NCBI GenBank assembly: GCA_963662465.1
Contig: OY759599.1
Coordinates: forward strand, 2,272,001 to 2,336,000
Source of the DNA: Desulfatiglandales bacterium
GTDB taxonomy: Bacteria > Desulfobacterota > DSM-4660 > Desulfatiglandales > Desulfatiglandaceae
Direction: 5' to 3'
DNA length: 64,000 nucleotides
The notes under the pieces are model-generated. The model ran no database searches. It saw only the letters and a list, made by a program, of their open reading frames with translations, and was not told the origin of the DNA. Positions 27,765-38,375 of this stretch are shown here, in pieces. Within the stretch, counting starts at the first letter, position 1; every line of letters begins with the position of its first letter. Position numbers and translations under genes: made by a program.

Positions 27765-27781
27765 TCGGCATGTTATTTGCT
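27765..27781 (+). promoter_or_regulatory. sigma54 (-24/-12) promoter of the catabolic operon
   Basis: TCGGCATGTTATTTGCT with exact GG-N10-GC spacing, about 110 nt before the first gene. Confidence 0.75.
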
Positions 27782-27888
27782 TAAACGATAGCGGCATAAG
27801 TTTCAGTCATTTTATTTTTTATGAGTTTGAGGACCAAACCCGAAATTACAGCAAGCAACAATTTATCGAGTAGAAAGGAGAATTTTTT

Positions 27889-29241
27889 ATGCTAGGGCTA
27901 AAAATTATAAACGGGCGTGTTTTTATTCCCGGCAGTGGTTTTTTTGACCTGGATGTCGGCGTTAAAGACGGAAAAATCACCGCCCTTTCTGAAACCGGAG
28001 GACTTCCGGAAGCAGAACAAACCGTGGATGCGCAGGGGAAAATCGTGATGCCCGGCGTCATTGATCCACATATTCACCTGGGGATCTTTAACGACTTCGC
28101 ATTGGAATGCGAAACGGAAACTCGCGCAGCCCTGGCCGGCGGCGTCACCACCGTGGGTGTTTTCATGGGTGGAGATCAGTCGTATTTGCCAACGCTGCCC
28201 GACATGATCAACACCGTCGAGCAAAAGGTTTCCACGGACCTGATGTTTCATTTGAGCATTTTTACAGATGAACAGATGGCGGAAATGGACAAATACTATG
28301 AAGAATTCGGCGTCACTTCCTTTAAATTTTATATGGCGGGTGTAAAAGGCGTTTTCCCCGGCGTATCGGACGGATTCATCTTTGAGGGCTTCCAAAAAAT
28401 CGCCGGTATGGGAAACAGGGCCATCGGTTGCGTTCACTGCGAAGATCAGTCCATGCTGGATATCGCATTTGATAAAGTGGCGGCAAAAACCCCTAACGGC
28501 ACATTGACCGATTGGGCACAGACAGCGCCAAAAATGGCCGAAGAAGAAGCCATCATGCGCGCCTATTACCTTTGCGACAAAGCCGGAAGCAGGCTTTACA
28601 TCGTCCATATCTCCACGAAGCAGGGAGCAGATCGGTTTCACCTGATCAATCAAAATGGGCGGGCGTTCGGCGAAACCACATCCGCCTACCTCTCCGTCTC
28701 CAATGAAGCGGAATGCGGCATTGTGGGAAAAATGGTGCCGCCCCTGCGAGATCAGACCGATATTGACGGTCTCTGGGCCCGCGTGGCCGATGAAACCATC
28801 TCCACCTTTGGAACCGACAACGTCAGCATGAATCTTGGGGTCAAACAGGCTGAAAGCGGTATGCTGGGCGCCATGCCCGGATATCCCATCCTGCAGACGC
28901 ATCTCTCCGCCATTTTGACCGAAGGATATCACAAGAGGGGCGTTTCCCTTGAAACCATCTTGACACGGGCCACGGCCAACCCCGCCAAAATCTTCGGACT
29001 CTACCCACAAAAAGGAACCATCAGCGTAGGAAGCGACGCGGATCTGGTGGTGCTGGATCTTGATAAAGAATGGGTCGTCAACAGCAACGAGCTTTTCTCC
29101 TATGGCGATTTCTCGCTTTACGAGGGAAAAACCCTTAAAGGATTGCCGACAGTCGTCATCAAGGGGGGAAAGAAAGCCTTTGAAGACGGTAAAATTCTGG
29201 TGGAACCGGGCTCCGGCAATTATTTGAGGAGAACCCTTTAA
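27889..29241 (+). CDS. Cyclic amidohydrolase (dihydropyrimidinase/allantoinase/dihydroorotase family)
   Basis: PGVIDPHIH, AALAGGVTT, SFKFYM (carbamylated Lys), VHCED, IVHIST, PPLR, GTD and NPAKIFGLYP.KG.I.VGSDADLV motifs. Confidence 0.9.
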   Translation: MLGLKIINGRVFIPGSGFFDLDVGVKDGKITALSETGGLPEAEQTVDAQGKIVMPGVIDPHIHLGIFNDFALECETETRAALAGGVTTVGVFMGGDQSYLPTLPDMINTVEQKVSTDLMFHLSIFTDEQMAEMDKYYEEFGVTSFKFYMAGVKGVFPGVSDGFIFEGFQKIAGMGNRAIGCVHCEDQSMLDIAFDKVAAKTPNGTLTDWAQTAPKMAEEEAIMRAYYLCDKAGSRLYIVHISTKQGADRFHLINQNGRAFGETTSAYLSVSNEAECGIVGKMVPPLRDQTDIDGLWARVADETISTFGTDNVSMNLGVKQAESGMLGAMPGYPILQTHLSAILTEGYHKRGVSLETILTRATANPAKIFGLYPQKGTISVGSDADLVVLDLDKEWVVNSNELFSYGDFSLYEGKTLKGLPTVVIKGGKKAFEDGKILVEPGSGNYLRRTL

Positions 29242-29308
29242 AAGGTTTACAATTAAAGTTTGATAGTTTTCAGACGTCTATTCAATTCCCATGAATTTTG
29301 GAGACACT

Positions 29309-29884
29309 ATGTTTGAAATTCGATTCCATGGCCGGGGTGGACAGGGTGCGGTTCTCGCAGCTAAAATCCTGGCCAAGGCCCTGGTGGAAGAGGGCAAATT
29401 CGTGAAGGCCATCCCCGCGTTCGGTTTTGAACGGCGGGGCGCGCCCGTTGAAGCCTACCTCCGTTACGACGACAAGGAGTTCAGGCAACTTACCAATATC
29501 TATAACCCTGATTGCATCGTGTGTCTCGATCCCACGCTTGCACAGACCGTTAATATCTTTGCGGGAATAAACGACAACGCCACCTGGATCCAGGCCACCA
29601 AGAAGAACCTGGACCAATTGGACGTACCGGAAAAAGTCACGCGGGTCGGACTTTGCGACGGATTCGGCCTTGCCCTGGAAGTGCTGGGCCGTCCCATTAC
29701 CAATTCCATCATGTTGGGCGTTCTGGCCAAAACCACCGGCATCGTATCCCTAGAGTCCCTGAACAAAGGGATGGCAACCACCGCCTTCCGGGATGCGCTA
29801 CTGGAGAAAAATGTCGAAGCCGCCAAACGGGGTTATGAGGCAACCAAAACCTTTGATATCAAAAAGAAGGAGGCGTCGTCATGA
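29309..29884 (+). CDS. padE: Phenylglyoxylate dehydrogenase / 2-oxoacid oxidoreductase gamma subunit
   Basis: EIRFHGRGGQGAV and FG.ERRGAPV motifs; gene order gamma-delta-alpha-flavoprotein-beta. Confidence 0.8.
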   Translation: MFEIRFHGRGGQGAVLAAKILAKALVEEGKFVKAIPAFGFERRGAPVEAYLRYDDKEFRQLTNIYNPDCIVCLDPTLAQTVNIFAGINDNATWIQATKKNLDQLDVPEKVTRVGLCDGFGLALEVLGRPITNSIMLGVLAKTTGIVSLESLNKGMATTAFRDALLEKNVEAAKRGYEATKTFDIKKKEASS

Positions 29885-30174
29885 AGTTACAGGCGGTCAA
29901 GCCTTTTGATCAATCGACCATTCCCAATGACATGTGCCCCATTGCCACGGAATTCGCCGTGGTCAATACCGGGGACTGGCGGGCTGAAAGGCCGGTGGTG
30001 GACCGAAAAAAATGTGTAAAATGCGCCACCTGCTGGGCCTACTGCCCCACACAATGCATCGTGGAGAGAGCAACCTGGTTCGAAGCCAACCTTGGAATTT
30101 GTAAAGGTTGCGGCATTTGCGCAGCGGAATGCCCCCATCATGCAATCACAATGATAGAAGAATTAGAGGTTTAG
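29881..30174 (+). CDS. padF: Delta subunit, 2x[4Fe-4S] ferredoxin
   Basis: TGDWR..RPV; CxxCxxCxxxCP twice. Confidence 0.8.
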   Translation: MKLQAVKPFDQSTIPNDMCPIATEFAVVNTGDWRAERPVVDRKKCVKCATCWAYCPTQCIVERATWFEANLGICKGCGICAAECPHHAITMIEELEV

Positions 30175-30177
30175 TTT

Positions 30178-31380
30178 ATGGCAAAAACCATTGTATGCGA
30201 CGGAAACGAAGCAGCCGCGTGGGGTGTGGCCCGGTCTCGCCCGGATATGGTAGCGGTCTACCCCATTACACCCCAGTCCTCCCTGGCTGAATACATTGCC
30301 CAGTTTGTGGCGGATGGAACCATTGAAGCCGATATCATGGATGTGGAAGGGGAACACAGCGTCCTCTCCGTACTCCAGGGAGCATGCCTGGCCGGCGCCA
30401 GGACCTTTACCGCAACCTGCGGACAAGGCCTTGCCTTTATGTTTGAACCTTATTTTCGCACACCGAACCTGCGGCTGCCCATTGTCATGAGCATCGTAAC
30501 GCGGGACGGCATTACGCCCCAATGCGTATGGGGCGGTCACCAGGACGCCATGACCGTCAAAGAAGTGGGTTGGATTCAGATGTACTGTGAAAACAATCAG
30601 GAAATTCTGGATACCGTTATCATGGCCTACAAAATTGCTGAAAACAAAAAAGTCATGCTTCCGGTAAACGTATGTCATGACGGCAATTACCAGTCCTACG
30701 GCGTTGAAATCGTCGATATCCCTGACCAGGAAATTGCGGATAAATTCCTGGGAGAGAAAAATACCAACTGGCACGTGGCCCTGGATCCCGAAAGACCCAT
30801 GGGCGTGGATCCCCTGACGGGCGGCGCCACTGGAAAAGGACCTGAGCTTTTTGCCCGCTATCGCCGGGGCGAATGCAACGCCATGCAAAATGCCCTAGAG
30901 GTTATTGAAGAGGCCCATGCGGAATTTGCCGAACTGTTCGGACGTTCCTATTCTCCCCTGGTGGAGGAATACCGGCTGGATGATGCGGATTACGCCATTC
31001 TCACCATGGGCGGCATGAGCGGAACCGGCAAGGTGGCGGTTGACACAGCCAGAGAGGCCGGTGAAAAAGTGGGGCTGATCAAAATAAAGACCTTCAGACC
31101 GTTCCCTCTGAAGGCCGTTTTGAAGGCACTGAACAAAATTAAGGCACTGGGCGTCGTAGACCGTTCCGTAAGCTTCGGCTGGAACGGCGGCCCGGTATTT
31201 CAGGAAATGGCTTCCGCCATGTACCACATGAAAGAACGTATCCCCGCGGTCGATTTTGTTGCCGGCCTTGCGGGAGCGGATATTACACTGGACGATTTCA
31301 GCCGTATCATCAAAACCACGGCCAGGGCATTGAAAGGCGAGGTCCCTGAAGAACCGATCTGGCTAAGTTTAAACGACTAA
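30178..31380 (+). CDS. padG: Phenylglyoxylate dehydrogenase / 2-oxoacid oxidoreductase alpha subunit
   Basis: GNEAAA, YPITPQ, VEGEHS, RTFTAT..QGL and FRPFP motifs. Confidence 0.82.
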   Translation: MAKTIVCDGNEAAAWGVARSRPDMVAVYPITPQSSLAEYIAQFVADGTIEADIMDVEGEHSVLSVLQGACLAGARTFTATCGQGLAFMFEPYFRTPNLRLPIVMSIVTRDGITPQCVWGGHQDAMTVKEVGWIQMYCENNQEILDTVIMAYKIAENKKVMLPVNVCHDGNYQSYGVEIVDIPDQEIADKFLGEKNTNWHVALDPERPMGVDPLTGGATGKGPELFARYRRGECNAMQNALEVIEEAHAEFAELFGRSYSPLVEEYRLDDADYAILTMGGMSGTGKVAVDTAREAGEKVGLIKIKTFRPFPLKAVLKALNKIKALGVVDRSVSFGWNGGPVFQEMASAMYHMKERIPAVDFVAGLAGADITLDDFSRIIKTTARALKGEVPEEPIWLSLND

Positions 31381-31397
31381 CGTGAGAGGGAATCAAT

Positions 31398-32681
31398 ATG
31401 TCCCAGACTAAATATCTTATTATCGGTAGCAGCCACGCGGGTCTCTCGGCTCTGACGGCTATCCGTATGGTCGATGAAGAGGGGTCCATTACCCTGGTAA
31501 CCCGGGAAAAGACCCTGCCCTACTCGCCTACGGTACTGCCCTATGTACTTTCAGGGCAGGCAAACCCTGAACGTGTATTCCTGCGGGATCAGGCATATTT
31601 TGATAAAAACAACGTAAATTTTCTAAATGGCGCGGCAGTTGTAAGCCTGGATTCCGGCGCCAATACGGCAACGCTCGATTCCGGCGATAAAATCCAGTAT
31701 GAAAAGCTCCTTTTGGCCACCGGAAGCGAACCCAAGGTTCCGGATATTCCAGGACTTAAAGATGCGCAATGGCACGTCCTCAGAACCCTTGCGGACGCCC
31801 TTAAAATCAAGACGGCAGCCCAGGAGGGCCAATCGGCCATCATTCTGGGCGCCGGTCTTATCGGCATGCATGCGGCCCAGGACCTGGCCAAGGCGGGACT
31901 ACAAGTCACGGTCGTGGCCACAACACCCCAGGTCATGGGTCAGTATTTTGATACGGAAGCCGCCAGTCTGATTGAACGTGTTTTTGTCAAGAACGGCGTC
32001 AAAATCCTGACCGGCAGCCCGGTGACCCATGTCACCAAATCCAACAACGCCTGTGCCGTATCCCTGGAAAACGGGTTGGATCTATCCGCCCACTTGCTGC
32101 TGGTGGCCAAAGGCGTCAATGCCTGTAAGGAGTACCTGAATGGCTCGGGCGTTGAAACGGACGTGGGCATACTGGTGGATGACACCATGCAGACCAGCGT
32201 TAACAATGTCTGGGCCGCGGGCGATGTGGCTCAGGCCACAAATTTTTTCGATGCAGACAAAATCATGAACGGTATTTTGCCCGATGCATCGGAGCAGGGT
32301 AAAATCGCGGGGATGGCCATGGCCGATGATCCGGGCCTTGAGTCTTATGGCGGCGGTATCTCCATGAACACCTACAACTTTTTCAACAACCGCGCCTTTG
32401 CCATCGGCATGTGCGGCAGCTCAGGAAAACTGGCCTGTCTCCCCTGCGGCCTCGATAATCTGGAAATGGACAAAGTATTTTCACCCACCAGCATGCGCTA
32501 TCAAAAGATGGTCTTTCAAGACAATCGACTGATGGGAGTGGCTTCCATCAACACGGAAATCGACCCGGGCGTCATGCTTCAGATTATTCGAAAAAAACTG
32601 GATCTTACGGGCATAAAGGAAGCGCTTGCCCGCGATCCCCTTGACGCCGGGCGACTGCTCATGACCAAAACCTGGCGTTAA
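31398..32681 (+). CDS. padH: FAD/NAD-dependent oxidoreductase subunit (epsilon)
   Basis: IIGSSHAG, LLLATGS, ILGAGLIG and TS..NVWAAGDVA motifs; sits between alpha and beta as in padEFGHI. Confidence 0.8.
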   Translation: MSQTKYLIIGSSHAGLSALTAIRMVDEEGSITLVTREKTLPYSPTVLPYVLSGQANPERVFLRDQAYFDKNNVNFLNGAAVVSLDSGANTATLDSGDKIQYEKLLLATGSEPKVPDIPGLKDAQWHVLRTLADALKIKTAAQEGQSAIILGAGLIGMHAAQDLAKAGLQVTVVATTPQVMGQYFDTEAASLIERVFVKNGVKILTGSPVTHVTKSNNACAVSLENGLDLSAHLLLVAKGVNACKEYLNGSGVETDVGILVDDTMQTSVNNVWAAGDVAQATNFFDADKIMNGILPDASEQGKIAGMAMADDPGLESYGGGISMNTYNFFNNRAFAIGMCGSSGKLACLPCGLDNLEMDKVFSPTSMRYQKMVFQDNRLMGVASINTEIDPGVMLQIIRKKLDLTGIKEALARDPLDAGRLLMTKTWR

Positions 32682-32748
32682 AATTCGCCTAAAAGATTCA
32701 AACCGTAAAAAAAAATTCAATATCTTAAACATAAGAGGAGATAAGATC

Positions 32749-34077
32749 TTGGGTAAAAGTTATAAAACCATCGCCTTCCATCCGGAAAAATGCAATGGAT
32801 GTAATGATTGCATTGAGGCCTGCGCCAGGATCAAAACCGACACAACTGAGCCGCTACACTCCCGCATCAGCATCGTGAAAGAGCCGGAGGGCAGAACCTT
32901 CGGCCTTTCCCTGTGCAGACAATGCGGAGACCCGGACTGTGTCACAAACTGTCCGGCAGGGGCGTTAACCAAGAATGAGGACACCGGCGTCGTAGAATGG
33001 GACGACACAAAATGCGTGGGTTGTCTGATCTGCACCCTGTCTTGCCCCTATGCAGGCATTACCTTTAACAAATCAACCAAAGAAGTCATGAAATGCGATC
33101 AGTGCGGCGGGGATCCCCAATGCGTCAAGGTATGCAAAACCGGCGCGCTGGAATTCAAGCACGAATCTGACATCTTTAACGAATGGGGAGATGTAGAAGA
33201 TCTCTTCGTTCCCGGAATCTCAGCATGTCTGGGATGCAACTCTGAGCTTCTCATGCGCCACACCCTGCGGAAAGTGGGGCCCAACACGGTCCTGGCAACG
33301 CCTCCCGGCTGTATTGCGGGAATCGGGTCCGTGGGCGTCAACGGCTTCACAGCCACCAAAGTCCCGGTGTTTCATCCGCTCTTGACCAACACGGCCTCCA
33401 TGCTGGCCGGCGCCCGCCGATACTACAATCGCATCGGCAGGGATGTCACCATGCTGGCGCTGGCCGGGGACGGGGGCACCGCGGATGTTGGATTTCAATC
33501 CCTGTCGGGGGCTGCCGAGCGCGGCGAGCAGATCATTTATATCTGCATCGATAACGAAGGGTACATGAATACGGGCGTGCAGCGATCTTCCACCACGCCT
33601 TATGGGTCATGGACCACCACCACCCCTGTGGGCTCGGTGCTGCGAGGCAAGACACAAGATGCAAAACCCATGGCCATCCTGATGATGATGCATAACTGCG
33701 AATATGTGGCCACTGCCTCCACCGCCTTTATGGATGACTATTATGATAAACTGGAAAAGGCCATTCAGGCGGCCAAAAAAGGGATGGCATATATTCATGT
33801 GTTTTCGCCCTGCCCCACGGGATGGCGCTTTCCGCCGGCCAAATTGATCGAAGTCAGCCGAAAGGGCGTGGAAACCAATCTGGTTCCCCTGTGGGAATAC
33901 CACAAGGATGAGGGTAAACTCCATTTCACCCATAGCATCGACAACCCGCTGCCGGTTCAGGAATATCTGAAACTGGTGGGTAAATTCCGCCACATGGATC
34001 CGGAACAGATCGCTCATATCCAGGGACATGTGGATAAGACCATTAAAACCTTGAAAGGCTTTACCGGTGATAAGTGA
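32749..34077 (+). CDS. padI: Beta (TPP-binding) subunit with N-terminal polyferredoxin domain
   Basis: N-terminal multi-[4Fe-4S] domain fused to ACLGC, GDGGTADVG, DNEGYMNTG.Q.S and SPCPTGW motifs; this fusion is characteristic of PadI. Confidence 0.85.
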   Translation: MGKSYKTIAFHPEKCNGCNDCIEACARIKTDTTEPLHSRISIVKEPEGRTFGLSLCRQCGDPDCVTNCPAGALTKNEDTGVVEWDDTKCVGCLICTLSCPYAGITFNKSTKEVMKCDQCGGDPQCVKVCKTGALEFKHESDIFNEWGDVEDLFVPGISACLGCNSELLMRHTLRKVGPNTVLATPPGCIAGIGSVGVNGFTATKVPVFHPLLTNTASMLAGARRYYNRIGRDVTMLALAGDGGTADVGFQSLSGAAERGEQIIYICIDNEGYMNTGVQRSSTTPYGSWTTTTPVGSVLRGKTQDAKPMAILMMMHNCEYVATASTAFMDDYYDKLEKAIQAAKKGMAYIHVFSPCPTGWRFPPAKLIEVSRKGVETNLVPLWEYHKDEGKLHFTHSIDNPLPVQEYLKLVGKFRHMDPEQIAHIQGHVDKTIKTLKGFTGDK

Positions 34078-34108
34078 CAAGTGATAAGTAACGAGTGACA
34101 AGTGACGA
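34067..34108. repeat. Heptamer tandem repeat (GTGAYAA-like)x6
   Basis: gtgataa gtgacaa gtgataa gtaacga gtgacaa gtgacga, overlapping the padI stop codon. Confidence 0.85.
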
Positions 34109-34141
34109 GAAATGTCAAGTTTTGATAAACGGAGGTTTTCA

Positions 34142-36763
34142 ATGAACAACCAGCCAGTTCTAAATTCCATGAAACCGGGGAAGTGGATTCCCACCACCTG
34201 CAAGATGTGTTTGCATTCCTGCAACACCCTTGCCCATGTGACGACCGATGGGATCGTCAACAAGATTGAAGGCAATCCCACCAGTCCGAGCAACGGCCCC
34301 GGGCTCTGCCCCAAGGGCAACTGCTCTTTGTTGCGGCTTTACGACCCCAACCGCATCAAAACGCCCATGAAACGCACCAACCCCAAAAAAGGACCCATGG
34401 AAGACCCCAAATGGGTTCCCATCACCTGGGATGAAGCCCTTGAGACCGTGGGCAGGGAACTCAAAAAAACCTATGATGAAGATCCTCGGAAGCTCCTCAC
34501 CGCCATCAACGACTTCCAGAAACTGTACCTGTGGGCCTGGCCCGCGGCATTCGGCGGCAACGCCAACTACTTCACAGTAGTTGGCACCCTTTGCGGCGCC
34601 GGCTATCATCCCATGAACGGTATGATCCATCGCACCTTTGCGGCCGGCAATGATTATGATCATAGCAATTATTGGCTCAACGTGGGCGGCGGGGATGGTT
34701 TTTCATCCCACCTCCATGTGGCGGCGGCGGCACGCGCCATGGCCCACAATCGCGTGGAAAAAGGAACAAAAGTCAAAATTGTCGAGCCCCGTCTTTCCAT
34801 CGGCGGCGCCAAGGCGGATGAATGGATTCCCATCCGGCCTGCAACGGATCGTCAGTTCGCCCTGGGCCTGTGCCAGGTGTTGATTGAAGAAAATCTTTTT
34901 GACATCAAATCCATCAAAAAGGATACCAATGCCGTCTATTTGGTGGGCCCTGACGGACTCTTCGTGCGCAACAAGGAAGGACAGGTCCATGTCTGGGATC
35001 CGGAAGACAACAAAGCCAAAGTCTGGAATGACGAAACCATCAAAGACTTTGCACTGGAAGGGACCTATAAGGTGGAAGGCGTTACCTGCAAGCCCGCTTT
35101 CCAGCTCTTTAAGGACATCCTGAAAGACTGTACCCCGGAAAAAATATCCAAGATCACCACGATTCCCGCTGATACCATCATTCGTCTCGCCCGTGAATTG
35201 GCGGAAGCGGCCATGATCGGTTCCACCATCGATATCGACGGCCGAACCCTCCCATACCGACCCGGCGCCCTCAACTACTATCGCGGCGCTCAAGGTCGTA
35301 AAAAGTCCAGCCAGACCAATCATTCGTTCAAACTGGTGAACATGCTTTTAGGCGGTATCGACACCCCCGGCGGCCATTGCGGCATGACGCTGGATGATTT
35401 TTACGTTGATTTCAACCATGCCTATGATGAAGGTCCCTGGTGGGCAGCCAACACCAGCGAAAACGGCATGATGGATTGCGCGCCCCACCAGCTTCACCCG
35501 GAAGTGCCTTTTGCCTATCCTCCCAACACCACCCATATGATGGACTATTTTCCGCTGGGTGTGGACCCGGGGCACTTGAACAATATTACCCTGTTTGACC
35601 CGGATCATTGGGGATTTGACTTTTATCCGGACACCATGCTCATCTGTCATTCCAATCCCCTGTGGAACCTTCCCGGGGACCAGACCCGTTACTTTGAAAT
35701 CATGCGGCGCATGCGTTTCATCGTAGGCATCGACGTCCTGGTTAACGAAACCAATATCTGGGCCGACATTCTGCTGCCCGCCCATGACACCCTGGAATCC
35801 TGGAACCAGACCATGATCGAGCCCCCCAACACCGAGGGTATGTGCCTGCGCCAGCCGGTCATTCCACCGCTCTACGACAGCAAGAGCGAAGAGGAGATTT
35901 TTGCTGAAATTTCCGAGCGTGTAGGGATTCTTGAAAACTGGAATAACGTCATGAACTTTGGGCTACGATTCAACTTGAAGGAAGAGTTGATGCTGAAACC
36001 CGACGTCAAATACGGCGACAAGGAGATCGCTGAACGTCGCGGTCTGCTCTGGGACGGCCACGACCTGGAATGGTACAAGAAACACGGCCATTCCGTGACC
36101 AAACGCCGACCGGACAAATTTTACCGACCCTGGGAAGGGTTGCGCCTTATGTTTTACCTTGAGTTTATTTTGAATGAACGAAATAAGCTGAGGGCCAAAA
36201 TGGAAGAAGCCAAGGTGCCCTTTATTGACGAATGGGAATGGGACGACTATCAGGCCCTGCCCCTGCCGACCCTGGATCCCATGCATGAAGAACCGGCGGA
36301 ATACGACCTCTACGCCATCAGTTTCAAGGATGTGGCGCTCAATTTCACCGAAAACCTGAGCATCCCCTGGATTGACGATATCGTATTCAAGGACCCGGTT
36401 CACATGGGCGTTCTGATCAACCCCAAAACCGCGGCAGCGCGGGGGATTAAAAACGAAGACCTGATTCAACTCATGTCGCCCTATGGGCAAATCAAGGGGC
36501 TTGCCAAACTGACGGAAGGGGTTCACCCGGAAACCGTCGCGGTCTCCAATGCCCTGACCCGCTGGACTGCACACCATCCGGTTGTGGCGCCCGGCGGCGG
36601 CAATTTCAACCGAATGTTGCCGGCCAATCTTAAAAATACGGATGCCTGCAGCGGACAGCCCGAAACGGGGTGTAAGGTCAAAGTGACCCGGCTGCGCTCC
36701 AAACCGGATAACGTACGGGAAGTCTTTCTGAAGAATACCATGTTTAATGGTTATACCGCTTAA
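34142..36763 (+). CDS. padB: Molybdopterin (DMSO-reductase family) oxidoreductase large subunit, phenylacetyl-CoA:acceptor oxidoreductase-like
   Basis: CKMCLHSC...LCPKG Fe-S motif, RI.TPMKRTNP.KG, ADEWIPIRP.TD, ADILLPA and C-terminal INP..A..RGI; no Tat signal; GGAGG RBS precedes 34142. Confidence 0.82.
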   Translation: MNNQPVLNSMKPGKWIPTTCKMCLHSCNTLAHVTTDGIVNKIEGNPTSPSNGPGLCPKGNCSLLRLYDPNRIKTPMKRTNPKKGPMEDPKWVPITWDEALETVGRELKKTYDEDPRKLLTAINDFQKLYLWAWPAAFGGNANYFTVVGTLCGAGYHPMNGMIHRTFAAGNDYDHSNYWLNVGGGDGFSSHLHVAAAARAMAHNRVEKGTKVKIVEPRLSIGGAKADEWIPIRPATDRQFALGLCQVLIEENLFDIKSIKKDTNAVYLVGPDGLFVRNKEGQVHVWDPEDNKAKVWNDETIKDFALEGTYKVEGVTCKPAFQLFKDILKDCTPEKISKITTIPADTIIRLARELAEAAMIGSTIDIDGRTLPYRPGALNYYRGAQGRKKSSQTNHSFKLVNMLLGGIDTPGGHCGMTLDDFYVDFNHAYDEGPWWAANTSENGMMDCAPHQLHPEVPFAYPPNTTHMMDYFPLGVDPGHLNNITLFDPDHWGFDFYPDTMLICHSNPLWNLPGDQTRYFEIMRRMRFIVGIDVLVNETNIWADILLPAHDTLESWNQTMIEPPNTEGMCLRQPVIPPLYDSKSEEEIFAEISERVGILENWNNVMNFGLRFNLKEELMLKPDVKYGDKEIAERRGLLWDGHDLEWYKKHGHSVTKRRPDKFYRPWEGLRLMFYLEFILNERNKLRAKMEEAKVPFIDEWEWDDYQALPLPTLDPMHEEPAEYDLYAISFKDVALNFTENLSIPWIDDIVFKDPVHMGVLINPKTAAARGIKNEDLIQLMSPYGQIKGLAKLTEGVHPETVAVSNALTRWTAHHPVVAPGGGNFNRMLPANLKNTDACSGQPETGCKVKVTRLRSKPDNVREVFLKNTMFNGYTA

Positions 36764-36775
36764 GGAGGGAAAGAA

Positions 36776-37390
36776 ATGCCACGATGGGGAATGGTTATTG
36801 ACTTACGGCGATGCATCGGTTGCAACGCCTGTACAATCGCCTGCAAACAAGAAAACACGACACCTGACGGAATACTGTTCACAAAAACAGTCAGCGAGGA
36901 AATCGGCACCTATCCCAATGTCACGAGGGCCTATATTCCACTCATCTGCAATCACTGCGATGACGCCCCCTGCGAACGGGTTTGTCCGACCGGGGCCACT
37001 TATACGACCGATACGGGGATCGTCATGGTGGATGAAAACAAATGCATCGGATGCGGGGCCTGCCATACGGCCTGTCCGTACAAAAACCGCTATAAACTGA
37101 CACAGGAACCCCTCGACAAGGGCCTTTATCGAACCGGTGAGCTGACCCCCTTTGAGAAACAGGGTTACGGCAGGTGGGTTGTGGGAACGGCGGTGAAATG
37201 CACCTTCTGCCATGAGCGCGTGGAACAGGGACTGGATCCCGCCTGCGTCGTGACTTGCCCCACGGAAGCCAGGGTTTTTGGCGACCTGGATGATCCGGAC
37301 AGCAAACCCCGCAAACTCATTCAGGCACGAAAAGGCTATCAGCCTCTGGCCCAGTTCAACACCAAACCCAAGGTGTTCTACGTGGAATAA
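36776..37390 (+). CDS. padC: 4x[4Fe-4S] subunit (DmsB/NrfC-like)
   Basis: CIGCNACTIAC, CNHCDDAPCERVCPTGA, CIGCGACHTACPY, KCTFC...PACVVTCP. Confidence 0.82.
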   Translation: MPRWGMVIDLRRCIGCNACTIACKQENTTPDGILFTKTVSEEIGTYPNVTRAYIPLICNHCDDAPCERVCPTGATYTTDTGIVMVDENKCIGCGACHTACPYKNRYKLTQEPLDKGLYRTGELTPFEKQGYGRWVVGTAVKCTFCHERVEQGLDPACVVTCPTEARVFGDLDDPDSKPRKLIQARKGYQPLAQFNTKPKVFYVE

Positions 37391-37463
37391 ACATTCGGCT
37401 TAGAACCTTGTTTTATAAAAAAGGATACTTAGTCTATAATCTAGCGCTTAGAGAGGTAAACAA

Positions 37464-38348
37464 ATGGATTCAAAAATTTATAACCTCGTTGGAGAGGAAT
37501 TTGAGCTTGGCTACCGCCACCAGGATCTCTGGGGATGGGAAATCGCCTTTGCTTTCTTTTTCGGCGAGGTCGGAACCGGTTTTTTCTTTTTCTCCGCCAT
37601 CTACGGCTTTACCGCCGGAATGATCCTAGGTTGGCTCATGGCGGCGGTCTGCAAACCCATTGCCCTTTTCATGCATCTGGGGCAACCCAAACGATTCTGG
37701 CGCGCCATTATGGGCATCAGGCATTCATGGATCAGTCGAGGCGTGTTTTTTACGATATTTTTCACCGGTTTCGGTTTTATTCACATGATTAACCATGCCT
37801 GGCCGTTTTTGTCCCAGAATCTCACGTCATTTGTGTTTGTGGTCACCATGGTGAGTTGCCTGGGCGTTATGATTTACCTGGGATTCGTACTCTCCTATTC
37901 GCCTGCCATTCCCCTGTGGAACAGCGGCATCATGCCTATCCTCAGCGTCCTTTACGGCTGTCTCGGCGGCACCACTTTAGTGTTGTTGTTCGGTTACCAC
38001 ACATTTCTGACGCCTGAAGCGGCACAGACCGTAAAAATCATGGAACTGGTGCTTGTCTGCTTCACTTTCGTTTCGCTTCTCAGTTTTCTGCACAGCGCGA
38101 CCTATGTGAGCAGTGCGGGCAATAAGTCCGTCAAACTGCTATTAAAAGAAAAATTTGCCGTGTGGTTTATCCCCGCGGTTATCATTGTGGGAATTCTCAT
38201 GACCGCGATGCTCATGTACTATGGCTCGGTCTCCGTTGTGGTACTTTTGATCATCGCCATCGCGGAACTGATCGGGGACATCGGACTTAAAATTCTTCTT
38301 TTCAAGGCAGGCACCTTTGAGCCGACGCTGTCGCATTCTCGTTTTTGA
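37464..38348 (+). CDS. padD: Membrane anchor subunit (NrfD/DmsC-like)
   Basis: WGWEIA..FF, HLGQP.RFW, SWISRG and IPLWNS motifs; about 8 TM helices. Confidence 0.8.
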   Translation: MDSKIYNLVGEEFELGYRHQDLWGWEIAFAFFFGEVGTGFFFFSAIYGFTAGMILGWLMAAVCKPIALFMHLGQPKRFWRAIMGIRHSWISRGVFFTIFFTGFGFIHMINHAWPFLSQNLTSFVFVVTMVSCLGVMIYLGFVLSYSPAIPLWNSGIMPILSVLYGCLGGTTLVLLFGYHTFLTPEAAQTVKIMELVLVCFTFVSLLSFLHSATYVSSAGNKSVKLLLKEKFAVWFIPAVIIVGILMTAMLMYYGSVSVVVLLIIAIAELIGDIGLKILLFKAGTFEPTLSHSRF

Positions 38349-38375
38349 TAGCGCACGGCGTTATATTTAAAAAAA

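Noticed and set aside
27898..29010. 370-aa minus-strand ORF
   Set aside because: Antisense to the well-supported amidohydrolase.
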